From Chiloscyllium plagiosum (taxonomy: Eukaryota), in NCBI RefSeq assembly GCF_004010195.1, contig NC_057726.1, positions 61,607,835-61,671,834 of the forward strand: DNA of 64,000 nt, given 5' to 3'. The notes under the pieces are model-generated. The model ran no database searches. It was given only the letters and a program-made list of their open reading frames with translations, and was not told the DNA's origin. Every line of letters begins with the position of its first letter. Positions within the stretch are counted from its first letter, which is position 1. Shown piece after piece: positions 38,401 to 49,924 of this stretch. A program made the translations under genes and the position numbers.

Positions 38401-41400
38401 AGAAATGTGGAAGGTTTCTTTTATCACAGAAAATTGTGCCAGTTTGGAACTCCCTGCTCCAGAAGGTGATCGTTGAATATTTTAAAGGCAGTAGTGCTTG
38501 GATTCCTGTTAGACAAGGGAAATGAATGGTTACTGGGGGATAGTTGGGAATGTGGAATACCAAACACGAACTGATCAGTGATAACCTTATTGAGTGATGG
38601 TAGGTCTGGAGCAGCTGATTGGTCTACTTGTGCTTTTAACTCATATATACTGTATGCTTGTGGGAATAATGTATTGAGTGCACAAGCATCAATAGGGATC
38701 TGCCTTCCAAAGATCTAGAGCTCCGTGTTGAGTACATTGTCTTCCCAAATCCTCCCTTGGTACTAATCACAACAGAGTAGACTCTTCCTCTTGTGGGAGA
38801 GTGAATTGACAGTTTAGTTTGCATTGCAAAGTTACTTTGGACATAACAATTGGGAGTAAAGTGAACCAGATTGGCATAGTGATTGCAACCAGGTTGATAT
38901 TATTGACTGTGTGATCCTCGATTGGGGTTGTAACCCTGGCTGACCAATATAAACAGGAGATTCTGGATGCCCCTGGAGAAGGAAAACTTGGTGTCTACCA
39001 GTAACCTCGAGGTTTTTATGACGAGGTTGGCACCATAGTGTGTAGAGTGTTTTATTCCCCCCTCTGATTCTATTTTGATTTAATCTCTACCCTTCCTTTC
39101 AATTTTTCAATCATGTAGGAGCATGTCCCTAAGGAGCATTGGCGACTTGGGTGCTTTTTCTTCCTGGTGGTGGAATATGAATAATGTTTTATTCACTCGT
39201 TGTTTCTTCACTGTGTCCTGCACATATATGCACACAACATGGGTGCTGGGGAGAAATAAGCACGACTGCTGTTTGGTGGTAGCATGGAGGATTGAGGAAA
39301 AATATATAAACAGGGGACTCAGGATCTCCTCACTTCATGGACTGACTCTGGGCTGGATGGCAACAGCCAGTTTACCGTACACTTGTAAATAAAGGGCGAT
39401 TTGGTGACAGTATACCAGCGTCAGTGTCGTTATTTCAGTTAACTATTCTGATATCACTTTAAAATGAGTACACTGGCACTGCTACTTTTAGAACTGGATT
39501 GGGGTGGGAGTAATTTGTTTACAAAATTGAGGAAATAGTTTGAATGAGGTTTATGTTGTCATGTTGAATTGTCAAACTGCTTCTAACATCAACTTCATTC
39601 TTTAAAGATGTAGAAAGGTGTTCACTATTCCTGCATAGTTATTCACTATTCATCTGCTCTTTATGTCTTCTAACAAGTAAAATTGCCTCTTGGAAGATGA
39701 AACATATTCAGCAGAATAACAAAGTAGAAGTTCATAGAAGTTCATAGAATATGCACATCTGGTATATGAATGCTGGTATACTGTCACCAAATATCATTGG
39801 GACTTGGAAACTAAAAATATTCAGCAAAATAACAAACATTCTTACCAGCTGATGCCTTTAACTCAAGTCTTGTTAAAATGATTATCAATAGTAAAATTGC
39901 CAGAATGCCACCAGCCCATCTAGAGATCAGCAGATAATTGAGATCTTTACCTATAGGATTAATAACACTTGAATGAGAAACTGCAGAGTACAGCGTGATT
40001 TCGACACAGAGAATCATGATTCAGACACAGGAAGGCGATCTGCAAAATAGTATCCCAGGACGATCACATCCAATAAACATCAATAGAGACTGATCCTTTT
40101 TATTTCAATGGGTAGTATGTGTAAAACGATTATAAGGTGTATCACATGACATATCAGTCACAATCCCACAATACAACTTATGGAGGGAACAATTCCATAG
40201 AGATTGAGGAATCTTCACTCCTGGTCATTTCTTAAGAGGAAAAACAGTTACATATTATTGATATCATCGTGTTAGCATTACACATGATTGATATCATCGT
40301 GTTAGCCCTTTATTTACATTGAAAGCACCAGCTGGAAAAAATCATCAGATTTAACACTTCCTGTAACTTTTGTCAATTAATATATGCATCTTGCTTTCAT
40401 TTAACTCGTTTAACATGACAAAGCATCCAATGCTCTCCAGAGGACTGTTATCAAGCAGTCCAGCCACATAAGGCACATTAGAACAAATGGATCAGAAACA
40501 GAAACTCCTGGAGCAAATCAGCTGGTCCAGCAGCATCTGTGGAGAGAGAAACTGATTAAATAATTTGAGTCGAGTGGCCCTTCTTTAGAACTGATAGCAG
40601 CTAGGAAAAAGTGGTATGTATGTTGAAGACAAATATTGGGGAATGGAGAGTGGAGGTGGAGAAAGGGGTGAGCAGAAAGGCAGAGATGGAGCCAAAAGAG
40701 AGAGAACAATAAAAAAGGATGGATGACAACATGCCAGGAAAATAAAAAGCTGACATTGGTGATCATAACTAGATGAAAATTGGTTGACTGTGCTGAAAGC
40801 AGCTCATGTCATTGCCAGGATCTGCAGTGTGAGTGTCGGTAAAGGATATGAAAGTAGTATTCAGGCACTAAAATTATTGAGCTCGTCATTGAGTTCTGAA
40901 GGCTGCAATATCCCCAAGTGGAAAATGAAATGCTGCTCTTCCAGGTTGCACTGAGGCTTGATGCATCACTGCAGCAGGTCTGAGACAGGAATGATAGCCA
41001 GAGAACATGATGGTATGCTGAAGTGGCAGCAACTGGAAACTAATTTTTAAGGACAGAATGAAAGTTTGTTTACAAAGCTGTTGCCTGGTCTGCATTCTGT
41101 CTCAGCAGTGTATAGGAGACAACATTGTGAGCTGTGAATATAATATATAGGTAATCACTGCTTCACTTGGAAGCTGTGTCTGGATTCGAGTGTGAGGAGG
41201 AAGGAAGTAAATGGGCTACCACAATATTGAACCTACTTCTACTTTCTTCCCAAAATCTAGCAACAGGAATGACAGGGCAGAGCTGCTGTTCCTGCCACAC
41301 AGACTTAATCTCTTAATACCTTGATTCAACATTTTATCCCATTCTCAGCTCAGTTCCCATTAATATCCATGATTTATGTGAAACGTTGCATCTGTTTAGA

Positions 41401-44400
41401 GTTTCCGGTTTGTGGGCAGCAACTGTCTCATCTTCATTTTGGATGTACAATGCGTTTACACATCCACCTTCTGTCATGGTGGCTTTATGGTTCCCCACTT
41501 GAACTGTCCCTATTCACCAACCCTCCACTATCTGGCCAAGGTTGTACTCACTTTGAAGAACTTCTCATTTTCCTCCTCTCACCTTCTTCAGAGCAATGGT
41601 TTGGCTATAGATACCTTCATGGTCTTCAGTTCTGTCTGTCTCCTTGTACGGTACATGGAACTTCCCTTATCCTTATCCCATTCAGGTCCTGCCCCACAAC
41701 TCTTTCCCTGTTTCATCGCTAATTCATCAGTGCTTCTTCTGACTCTCATCAAAAACTGGAAAAATTGATTAATTTCACTTTCAATTTCTACGCTGCTCCT
41801 ACCTTCTCCTAGTTCATCTCTGACTCCTCCCTTCCCTTCCTCGACTTTCTGTTTCTTTTTCTGGGTATATGTCTGGCCACAAATTTTCATTACAAACCCA
41901 TCAACTTCCACAGTTACATGGGCAATCAATCCTCACATTGCAAATCCTGTAAAGACGCCTTTCCATTCCAAGTTCTCTATTTGCATCACATCTGTTCTGA
42001 TGATACTACCTTCAGTTCACAGAAATTCCCACTTTTTTTCTCATCCAAGGATTCTCTGCGACATGTTTAAGAGGGCCTTCAGCCATTTCTGATCCATCTC
42101 CCATTCTTCTGCCCTCACTCATCTTCATCCACAATATCGATAGGGTCCTCTTTGTCAACTTCCAGCTCACCTCCCCCAAAGTCACCATTTCTGACACCTC
42201 CCATGGGATACCACCACCAGACACACATGCCTTTCCCCTCCTTTGCCACTAATTTGCCACCATTGCCCACTCATCCTCCACTGCCAACACACCCTTACAC
42301 TCCCACGTCACCTTGCCATGCAGAAGGTGCAACACTTTCCCGTTTACTTTCTCCATCCTCACCATCTAAAGTCTCAGATGCAGCTTGCAGGTAGGGCACT
42401 GATATACCTGCACTTTACTCAATCTAGTCTCCTGTATTCATTGCTCATAATGTACTCACCTCTACATTGGGGAGACAAAACACAGATTGGCTTGCAGAAC
42501 ACCAGTGTTCTGGCTGCAAAAATGTCCCCTGAGCTTCCAATTGCTTGCCGCATCAACAGATTACCATGGTCCCAGCCAACATCTGGGCGGCACGGTGGCA
42601 CAGTGGTTAGCACTGCTGCCTCACAGCGCCAGAGACCCGGGTTCAATTCCCGCCTCAGGCGACTGACTGTGTGGAGTTTGCACATTTGCCCCGTGTCCGC
42701 GCGGGTTTCCTCCGGGTACTCCGGTTTCCTCCCACAGTCTAAAGATGTGCACGTTAGGTGAATTGACCATGCTAAATTGCCCCTAGTGTTAGGTAAGGGG
42801 TAAATGTAGGAGTATGGGTGGGTTGCGCTTCGGCGGGGTGGTGTGGATTTGTTGGGCCGAAGGGCCTGTTTCCACACTGTAAGTAGTCTAATCTAATCTC
42901 TGTCTCGGGCGTGCTGCAGTACTCCAGTGAAGCTCAGTGCAAGCTGGAAGAACAGCACCTCATTTTCCACGTGGGGATAATTTGTCTTCAGACTCAATAT
43001 ACAGTTCAATAATTTTAGGATCTGACCATTTATTCCATGAATTTTACACTCCCCCACACCCCAAGCCCAGACATGACATGAGCTGCTTTCAACATAGCCA
43101 ACCGAAGTTCATCTACTTACGGGCCCCATCATCAACTTTTCTTCCTCCGTGGCATGTTATCATCCATCCCTTTGCCTGCCAAACTGTCATTGTATCTGGG
43201 TTCCATCTCCACCTATCTGTTCTCTCCCTACCTCCCAACCCAAACATGTCTTCAGCAAAAATACCACCCTTTCTTAGCTGCTATCAGTTCTGAGAAATGG
43301 TCACTGAACTCAAAATATTAACTCTGCTTTCTCTCCAGAGATGCTGGCAGGTTTTCTGAGTTTCTCCAGCTTTTTCTCTTTTTTTCCAACATCCACAGTT
43401 CTTTGTTTTGTCTGGATGGCAGGTTATAACTACTGGAGTGCCATAAGTTTTGGTCCTTTGACCCCAGCTATTTACAGTCTACATTAACGACTTGGAAAGA
43501 GAGAGCGAAGGCCCTATAGGCAAATTTGCGGAAGACACAAAAATAGGCAGTATGGTAAATTGCAATGATGAAATAAGAACCTTACAAATGAATATAGATA
43601 GGTAAGGAGAGTGGGCCAATATGTGGCAGATAAATGGCTAGGTGGCTGATTGTGAAGTCATGCATTTGGCTCAGAAAAATGGGAAAACGACCTATTATCT
43701 TAATGGGTAGAGACTTCATGGTGCTCTGGTGCAGATGGATTTCGGTGTACTCATTAATGAGTCAGAGAAAACTGGCATGAGGTACAGTAAATACTAAAGA
43801 AAGCGAATGGAATTTTGGCTTTTATAGCTTCAGGAAAATAATATAAAGGTAGGGAAGTATTGTTGCAACAGTACAAGGTATTGTTGAGACCACGCCTGGA
43901 GTTTTGTGCACAGTCTTGGACCTCTTACTTTAGGAAAGATGTAATGGCATTGGAGAAAGTTCAGAGGAGGTTCATGGATTGATCCCAGACATGAGAAGTT
44001 TGTCATATGAAGAGAGATTGGACAATTTAGACTTATACTTACTGGAATTTCGCAGAATGAGGGGAGATCAAATTGGGATATTCAAGATGATAAAAGGCAT
44101 AGATAAAATAGACGTGGAGCAAATAGAGTCATAGAGATGTACAGCTCAGAAACAGATTCTTCGGTTCAACTCGTCCATGTTGACCAGATATCCCAACTCA
44201 ATCTGTTCCCACCTGCCTGCAGCTGGCCCATATCCCTCCAAACCCATCCTATTCATAAATTTATCCAGATGCCTTTTACATGTTGCAATCGTACTAGCCT
44301 CCACTACTTCCTCTGGCAGCTCATTCCATATACATAACATGCTCTGCATGAAAACGCTTCCCCTTAGGTCTCTTTTATATCTTTTCCCTCTCACCCTAAT

Positions 44401-47400
44401 TTCATTTTACTTGGTAAGAATTTGAGGAATATTTTGATTCTTTTCCCATTTATTACACTTTGGGAGTTAATACAGACTGCATCCACACCTTTCCCCGTGT
44501 TTGGACAGCTGTTCAACTGCCTGTCTACTCTCTAAACCCAGATTGGAGCACTTGGTCCATTTCACTGTTGCCAATGTTTCCAGTCTTACCTGGATTGACG
44601 GTGTAGTTGACACTGGCGGGTACAGGAAGGGAAACATGTGACACCAGACAGGCATAAACCACTCCGCTCCTGACGGGATGCGCTTCTTCCAAAGAGCTGG
44701 AAACCTCATAAAGCCCATCTGCTGTCTTCTTCACGGCTTGTATACTCGGCAGATTTTCGACACCATCTCTTCGCCAGGTGATACTGACAGGCCCCGGGTA
44801 ACAGGCAGCGGTTTTACACACGAGTTTCAGGGAATCGGCGGAAATCCCTTCAACTTGAATGACCTTCAGTGGCAATGGCGACACTTAAAGGAGAAGATAA
44901 AAAAGAAATGGAACATCTCCTCATTTGACCACATCCGTGATACTGTTACATTCATAGCGTGACAATACTTATGCTCTTTATCGTTTAATTTTAAACATTG
45001 AAGTGTTCTATCCCCACAACAAAATAGCAGGAATATGTGAAACGATAAGCAGAGTTTGAATCTCCCAGGACTGGTAACACGTAGGAAGACAGTCAGAATG
45101 TTCGGAAGGAGATCCTGGAACGGGATTGGAGTTAGCAGCAGTCGGATCTCTGAGCAAATCTTTCGAAGGCAGTACACCTCATTGTGCTGCTGAATCATTT
45201 CTCCCCTTAGTGCAGTAGGGAAGGTTTGTGGTATTAAACATTTTGTCTCGTACATTCCTTAAAACATTTCCTAAAGAAGAGTCAAACCAAACTAGAAACG
45301 CTAACTCCATCTCTCTCCACAAATGCTGCCAGATCCACAGCAATTCTCTTCGATTGTTTCCTCTTTTTCAGCACATCCCTGCAGCTTTTAATGTTTCTTT
45401 CCGGATAGGTATAAAGTTCCCCTTTGTCTGCTAAGATTGCACCAAGGTGTCCGGTAGTGCCCTCCAGATCCTTACAAAACTGCTGTTAATGATTTTCTGA
45501 CTATTGTACGTGACTGTTTTGCAAATTATCTTAAATCTACGTCCTCTGTTTGTTCCTCACCAATGGGATCAGCTTATCTGGTGTATACTGTCCTTAGCCT
45601 TGTTAATTACTGATCAGTGTGTAGTTCATAACATCCGCACAGATGCAGAATCCAGGATGGAAAATTCCAATTCTGAGTGCATGTCTTATATAATTCCAGC
45701 GTTTTTGTACTCCCTCAGATCATTATGTCTGCTGGACTCTGTATTTGCCTGCTTTTATCAGCTTTATTTTTGACCTTTAACAGACGTGAATCAGTGTCCG
45801 TACAACCTGGAGGTATCATAAACCTGAGATATGGGGCGTTGTTAAGTTTGCATTATTTGTGAGATTATTGAGGAGCAATTTGATGTTTTCCTTAGGTGCA
45901 TACTTTTCTGAAAATTGCAAAACATAAAATACCATAAAATATGGTCATTATCAATTTGCAAGTTTCGTTACAATTTATGGTCAACAGAACTGCATTAAGT
46001 GCATAGCCCAGACTCAGGATTGCGTCATTCTTTAACCCTGGATCTGCGTTAGTTAAGGGTGGCAAATATGTGATCCAGGAGATGTTAGAATTGTTCCCAC
46101 TGTCACATGTCAGCATGGTCACTTTGGAGAGAAGGTGTCTTGTCTTCGAGTCATAGAGACGGACAGCATGGAAACAGGCTTTTCGGTCCAACTCATCCCT
46201 GAAGAGCAGATATCCCAATCCGTCCCACCTGCCAGCTTTCAGCCCATATCCCTTGAAACCCTTCCTATTCATATATCCATCCAGATGCTTTTAAATGTTA
46301 TAATAGTGCTAGTCTTCACCACTTCCTCTGGCATCTCATTCCATATACATACCACCCTTTGCGTGAAAACGTTACCCCGTAAGCCTCTTTTATAACTTTC
46401 CTCTCTCACCCTAAACCTATGCTCTCCAGTTCTGTACTCCCCCACCCCAAGGAAAAGACTTTGTCTATTTATCTGATTCATGCCCCTCATGATTTTTATA
46501 GACCTCTATAAGGTCACCTCCCAGCCTCCAACGCTCCAGCCTATTCAACCTTTCCCCATAGCTCAAATACTCCAACCCTCGGAACATCCTTGTAAATATC
46601 TTCTGAATCATTTCAAATTTCACAACATCCTTCTGATAGGAAGCAGAACAGAATTGCACGAATATTCCAAAAGTGGCCTAACCAATCTCCTCGACAGCGG
46701 CAACATGACCTCCCAACTCCTGCACTCAATACTCTGAGTGATAAAGGAAAGCATACCAAACGCCTTCTTCACTATCTTATCTACCTCGACTCCACTTTTA
46801 AGGTGCTATGAACCTGCACTCCAAGGTCTCTTTGTTCAGCAACACTCCCTAGGACCTTACCATTAAGTGTATAAGGCCTGCTAAGATTTGTTTTTCCAGA
46901 ATTCAGCACCTACATTTATCTAAATTAAACTCTATTTGCCATTTATCAGTCCATTGCACCATCTGATCAAGATCCTGTTGTAATCTGAGGTAACCTTCTT
47001 TGTTGTCCACTACACCTCCAATTTTGGTGTTATCTGCAAACTTACTAACTATACCTCTTATGCTCACATCCAAATCATTTATCTAAATGACAAAACGTAG
47101 TGGACCAAGCACCGTTCCTTGTGGCACTCCACAGGTCACAGGCCTCCAGCGAGAAAAATGACCCTCCACCACCACCCTCTGGCTTCTATCTTTGAGCCAG
47201 TTCTGTATCTAAATGGCTAATTCTCCCTGTATTCCATGAGATCTAACCTTGCTTTCTGGTCTCCCATGGGGAACCTTGTTGAACGCCTTACTGAAGTCCA
47301 TATAGATCATGTCTACTGCTCTGCCCTCATCAATCCTCTTTGTTACTTCTTCAAAAAACTCAATCAGGTTTGTTAGACATGATTTCCCACGCACAAAGTC

Positions 47401-49265
47401 ATGTTGACTCTCCCTAATCAGTCCTTGCTTTTCCAAATGTATGTGCATCCTGTCCCTCAGGATTCCCTCCAACAATTTGTCCACCACCAACGTGAGGCTC
47501 ACTGGTCTATAGCTCCCTGGTTTGTCCTGACCACCGTTTTTAAACAGTGACACCACGTTAGCCAACCTCCAGTCTTCTGGCACTTCACCTGTGACTATCG
47601 ATGATCCAGATATCTCAGCAAGGGGCTCAACAATCCCTTCCCTAGCTTCCCACAGAGTTCGAGGGAAGGTCCCGATTAGGTCCTGGGCATTTATCCACTT
47701 TTATGCGTTTCAAAACATCCAGCTCTTCCTCCCCTGTAAAATGGACATTTTTCAAGATGTCACCATCTATTTACCTACATTCTATACCTTCCATGTCCTT
47801 TTCCACAGTAAATACTGATGCAAAATACTCGTATAGTATCTCCCCCACTTCCTGTGGTTCCACACAAAGATCACCTTGTTAGTCGTTGAGGGGCCCTGTT
47901 CTCTCCCTAGTTACACTTTTCTCCTTAATTTATTTGTAAGAACCTTTTGAATTCTCCTTAATTCAACTTGCCAAAGCTATCTCATGTCCCCTTTTTGCCT
48001 TCCTGATTTTCCTCTTAAGTATACACCTACTGTCTTTCTAAACCTCATTGATTCATTCCAAACCAAAATGTAAACTTGTATTTCAGTATCATGTTTTGAT
48101 AAGAATTGCAACTGGACAAACATAAAGCTAGATACAACCGTTTCTAGTATCAGGAGAGCAAGCGAGTGAAATTGATCTTTAACTAAAGTACTCAAATAGC
48201 GAGAATGAATCGGTTATTTAACACGAACTCAATGACAAAGAAACTACGAGCCAATGTAAAAGCAATTTGAAGAACCTTCATCTAACGATAAAAAGAATTG
48301 CACGTATCTAATAAAACTGAAAATCAGCCTATCCCGATACAAGGATCCTTACCGGAAACAGTCAGCTGTGTGCCACCTCCATCTTCAATCGACCTTCGCC
48401 GGTGCTTTACCTCACAGAAATACACTCCGGCGTCAGCTAAACTGGCGTTTAGGATATAAAAAGAACTTGTTCCCCTGTTTGTATTGATTCGCTTTCTGCT
48501 GTCTGGCTTCAGAAACGATTCCTCACCCCGTCTCCGCCAATAAACATCAGGAGTTTCTTCAAAGATAGGTAACATGCAGAAAATGGAAACATTCCCACCT
48601 CTGGTAATGCTCAACAACTTAGGGAACTGTTTCACTTTTCTCAAAGTTACTTCAGCCGCTATCAGAAAAGAAAGAAAAGCCACGATAATACACTGTATTT
48701 GATCAGAACAGAAACCGCACGGAGCAAGATTAGGCCGTTCAGCCTCATAAGCCTGTACGGCTATTCAATAATTCTGTTCTGATTGTAGTTCAAATCCGCT
48801 TTCCCACGTATCCCTGACAACCTTTCAACCCGTGGAGAAAGTGAGGACTGCAGATACTGGAGATCGGAGCTGAAAATATGTTGCTGGAAAAGCGCAGTAG
48901 GTCAGGCAGCATCCAAGGAGCAGGAGAATCGACGTTTCGGGCATAAGTCCTTCTTCAGGAATGAACCTGCCTAACCCACTGCGCTTTTCCAGCAACACAT
49001 TTTCAACCTTTCAACCCGTTGCTTGGTAAGAATAGGATAGACACAGGGCAAAGAAAAACCTTAGCGAAGTAAAATGTAAGAACTATTGAAAATGATAGCG
49101 ATCGAAGTGAAGCAGCACAGTGTTTGATTGTACAATGTAGAGCCATTGCAGCATATAGCAAAATAGGGCATAACGGATTTGGTGTAGCACCATTTAACAA
49201 CTGAACATACCTGACCAAATGATGCCAAGTAGAGTTATGTACTGTACTGTAACCCTCAGCAACAT
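29431..49265 (-). CDS. Gene B: IgSF type I membrane receptor (leader-V(J)-C1-TM with Arg-short tail), putative activating paralog of gene A, 282 aa; join(49211..49265,48353..48658,44590..44883,39846..39950,38038..38081,29431..29475)
   Basis: Six GT-AG exons with phases 1,1,1,1,0 total 849 nt and are open. The V domain is about 50% identical to gene A by manual alignment (50/99). Confidence 0.82.
30860..34740 (+). mobile_element. Near full-length degenerate CR1/HER1-like LINE (ORF1 esterase-like; ORF2 APE + RT) in the last intron of gene B
   Basis: ORF1 motifs IVLGDSLVR and HIGNNDIG. APE motifs AITETWL and VGDFNFPNIDW. RT motifs NYRPVSL, QHGF, MDLSKAFDK, QGSVLGP and KFAD. Tail ctctatgactcta. 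Multiple stops and frameshifts. Inserted into a short hairpin element. Confidence 0.92.
36250..36490 (+). mobile_element. 5'-truncated HE1-like SINE
   Basis: tgtgtggagtttgcaca..cacagtccaaagatgtg core and (aatct)n tail. Confidence 0.8.
38038..38081 (-). CDS. Gene B exon 5, membrane-proximal cytoplasmic
   Basis: Acceptor ttcctttag, donor CTG|gtaagg, 44 nt, VRKHSVEVDETQQL. Confidence 0.85.
38890..39437 (+). mobile_element. Solo-LTR-like element with a nested Tx1 3' end (about 38975..39303)
   Basis: TG..CA ends, TATA-like motif and AATAAA. The insert encodes a decayed EKE..VST..LE.F..R.AP..VECFI C-terminus. atataaacagg is repeated on both sides. Confidence 0.5.
39846..39950 (-). CDS. Gene B exon 4, transmembrane with N-terminal arginine
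   Basis: Acceptor cctatag, donor G|gtaaga, 105 nt. KDLNYLLISRWAGGILAILLLIIILTRLELKASA. Confidence 0.9.
40490..43410. mobile_element. Penelope-like element with inverted terminal arms and an RT remnant
   Basis: The left arm (40490..41215) is the reverse complement of the right end (about 42330..43410). A decayed RT lies between them. Confidence 0.7.
42585..42899 (+). mobile_element. Young full-length HE1-like tRNA-derived SINE nested in the PLE
   Basis: Intact A box (tggcacagtgg), B box (ggttcaattcc), retained CpGs and (aatct)n tail. Confidence 0.9.
43413..44397. mobile_element. Two abutting CR1 fragments (plus 43413..44122, minus 44123..44397)
   Basis: GVP..LGP, KFAEDTK and RPRLE motifs, then an inverted CR1 3' tail. 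Confidence 0.75.
44590..44883 (-). CDS. Gene B exon 3, Ig C1-set domain
   Basis: Acceptor ttctcctttaag, donor G|gtaaga, 294 nt. Motifs LVCKTAACYPGPVSITWRRDG..DGLYEVSSSL..YACLVSH. Confidence 0.95.
46148..48045 (-). mobile_element. CR1/HER1-like LINE, 5'-truncated, in the gene B V-C1 intron
   Basis: ORF 47209..47583 PEDWRLANV..YRPVSLT..MDFSKAFNKVPH. Same family as 30860..34740. Confidence 0.9.
48353..48658 (-). CDS. Gene B exon 2, Ig V-type domain with J-like motif GGGTQLTV
   Basis: Acceptor ttttctgatag, donor G|gtaagg, 306 nt. Motifs VSIFC..VYWRR..ADAGVYFCEV..GGGTQLTVS. Confidence 0.95.
48835..49003. mobile_element. Short Penelope-derived hairpin element with 16-bp target-site duplication
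   Basis: caacctttcaacccgt flanks both sides; internal inverted repeat. Confidence 0.8.
49211..49265 (-). CDS. Gene B exon 1, signal peptide MLLRVTVQYITLLGIIWS
   Basis: ATG at 49265, 55 nt, donor CAG|gtatgt. Homologous to the gene A leader. Confidence 0.85.
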
Positions 49266-49924
49266 ATTTCAGACTTTTTTTAAATAAAAGTTCATTTGTT
49301 TGTTTTTGTAGATGAGGATGGTGTACCGAATGTTTTGTTTGGAAAACTTTCTCAAGCGTATGACCATGACCAGAGATATCAAATGACGAGTGTTGAGTTC
49401 CAGAAGTCTGAGGACTTCCGCCGACTGAGCGGTTTCTACCGGAAGGCAAAGTCTTGCTGACATTACCCGCTTTTCAATAATTTATTAACAACCGCCTTGG
49501 CTCAGTCAGAAAATAATGGTTCAGGTCGGAGGCATGGCCATGTATCCAGTATCTCACCTAAAGTATTTACCTCCATGCAGGGCAGTGAGAGTGAGAAAAT
49601 CCATTACGACCTGAAGCAGAAATCACTGGACTAGCAATTAGGATTAATAACCCTGCTTATTTATGCAGGGTTGTCCAGGATAATATTATTTTTACTCACG
49701 ATAGATGTGAAATTCTAGACCCCTGTTCGCATGGTTCACAGTTACAGTTGTTAACGTAATTCACGGGGTTGTTTGATGACATTTCCAGACGAAAGTAAGA
49801 GGAGAAGCAAAATATTGAGACTATCATTTTGCTAAGAGCAATTAAAAGAAAGGGTAACAATGGAAGTCGGAACAAGAACAGAAACTCAAGACCTGGCAGC
49901 ATCTTGTGACGGTGTGATGGTGGG

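Noticed and set aside
13363-48658. Assigning a gene symbol (SIRPA, NCR3, NCR3LG1, TAPBP)
   Set aside because: The tail resembles SIRP-alpha, but there is only one C1 domain and a shortened V domain. Orthology cannot be set without phylogeny and synteny.
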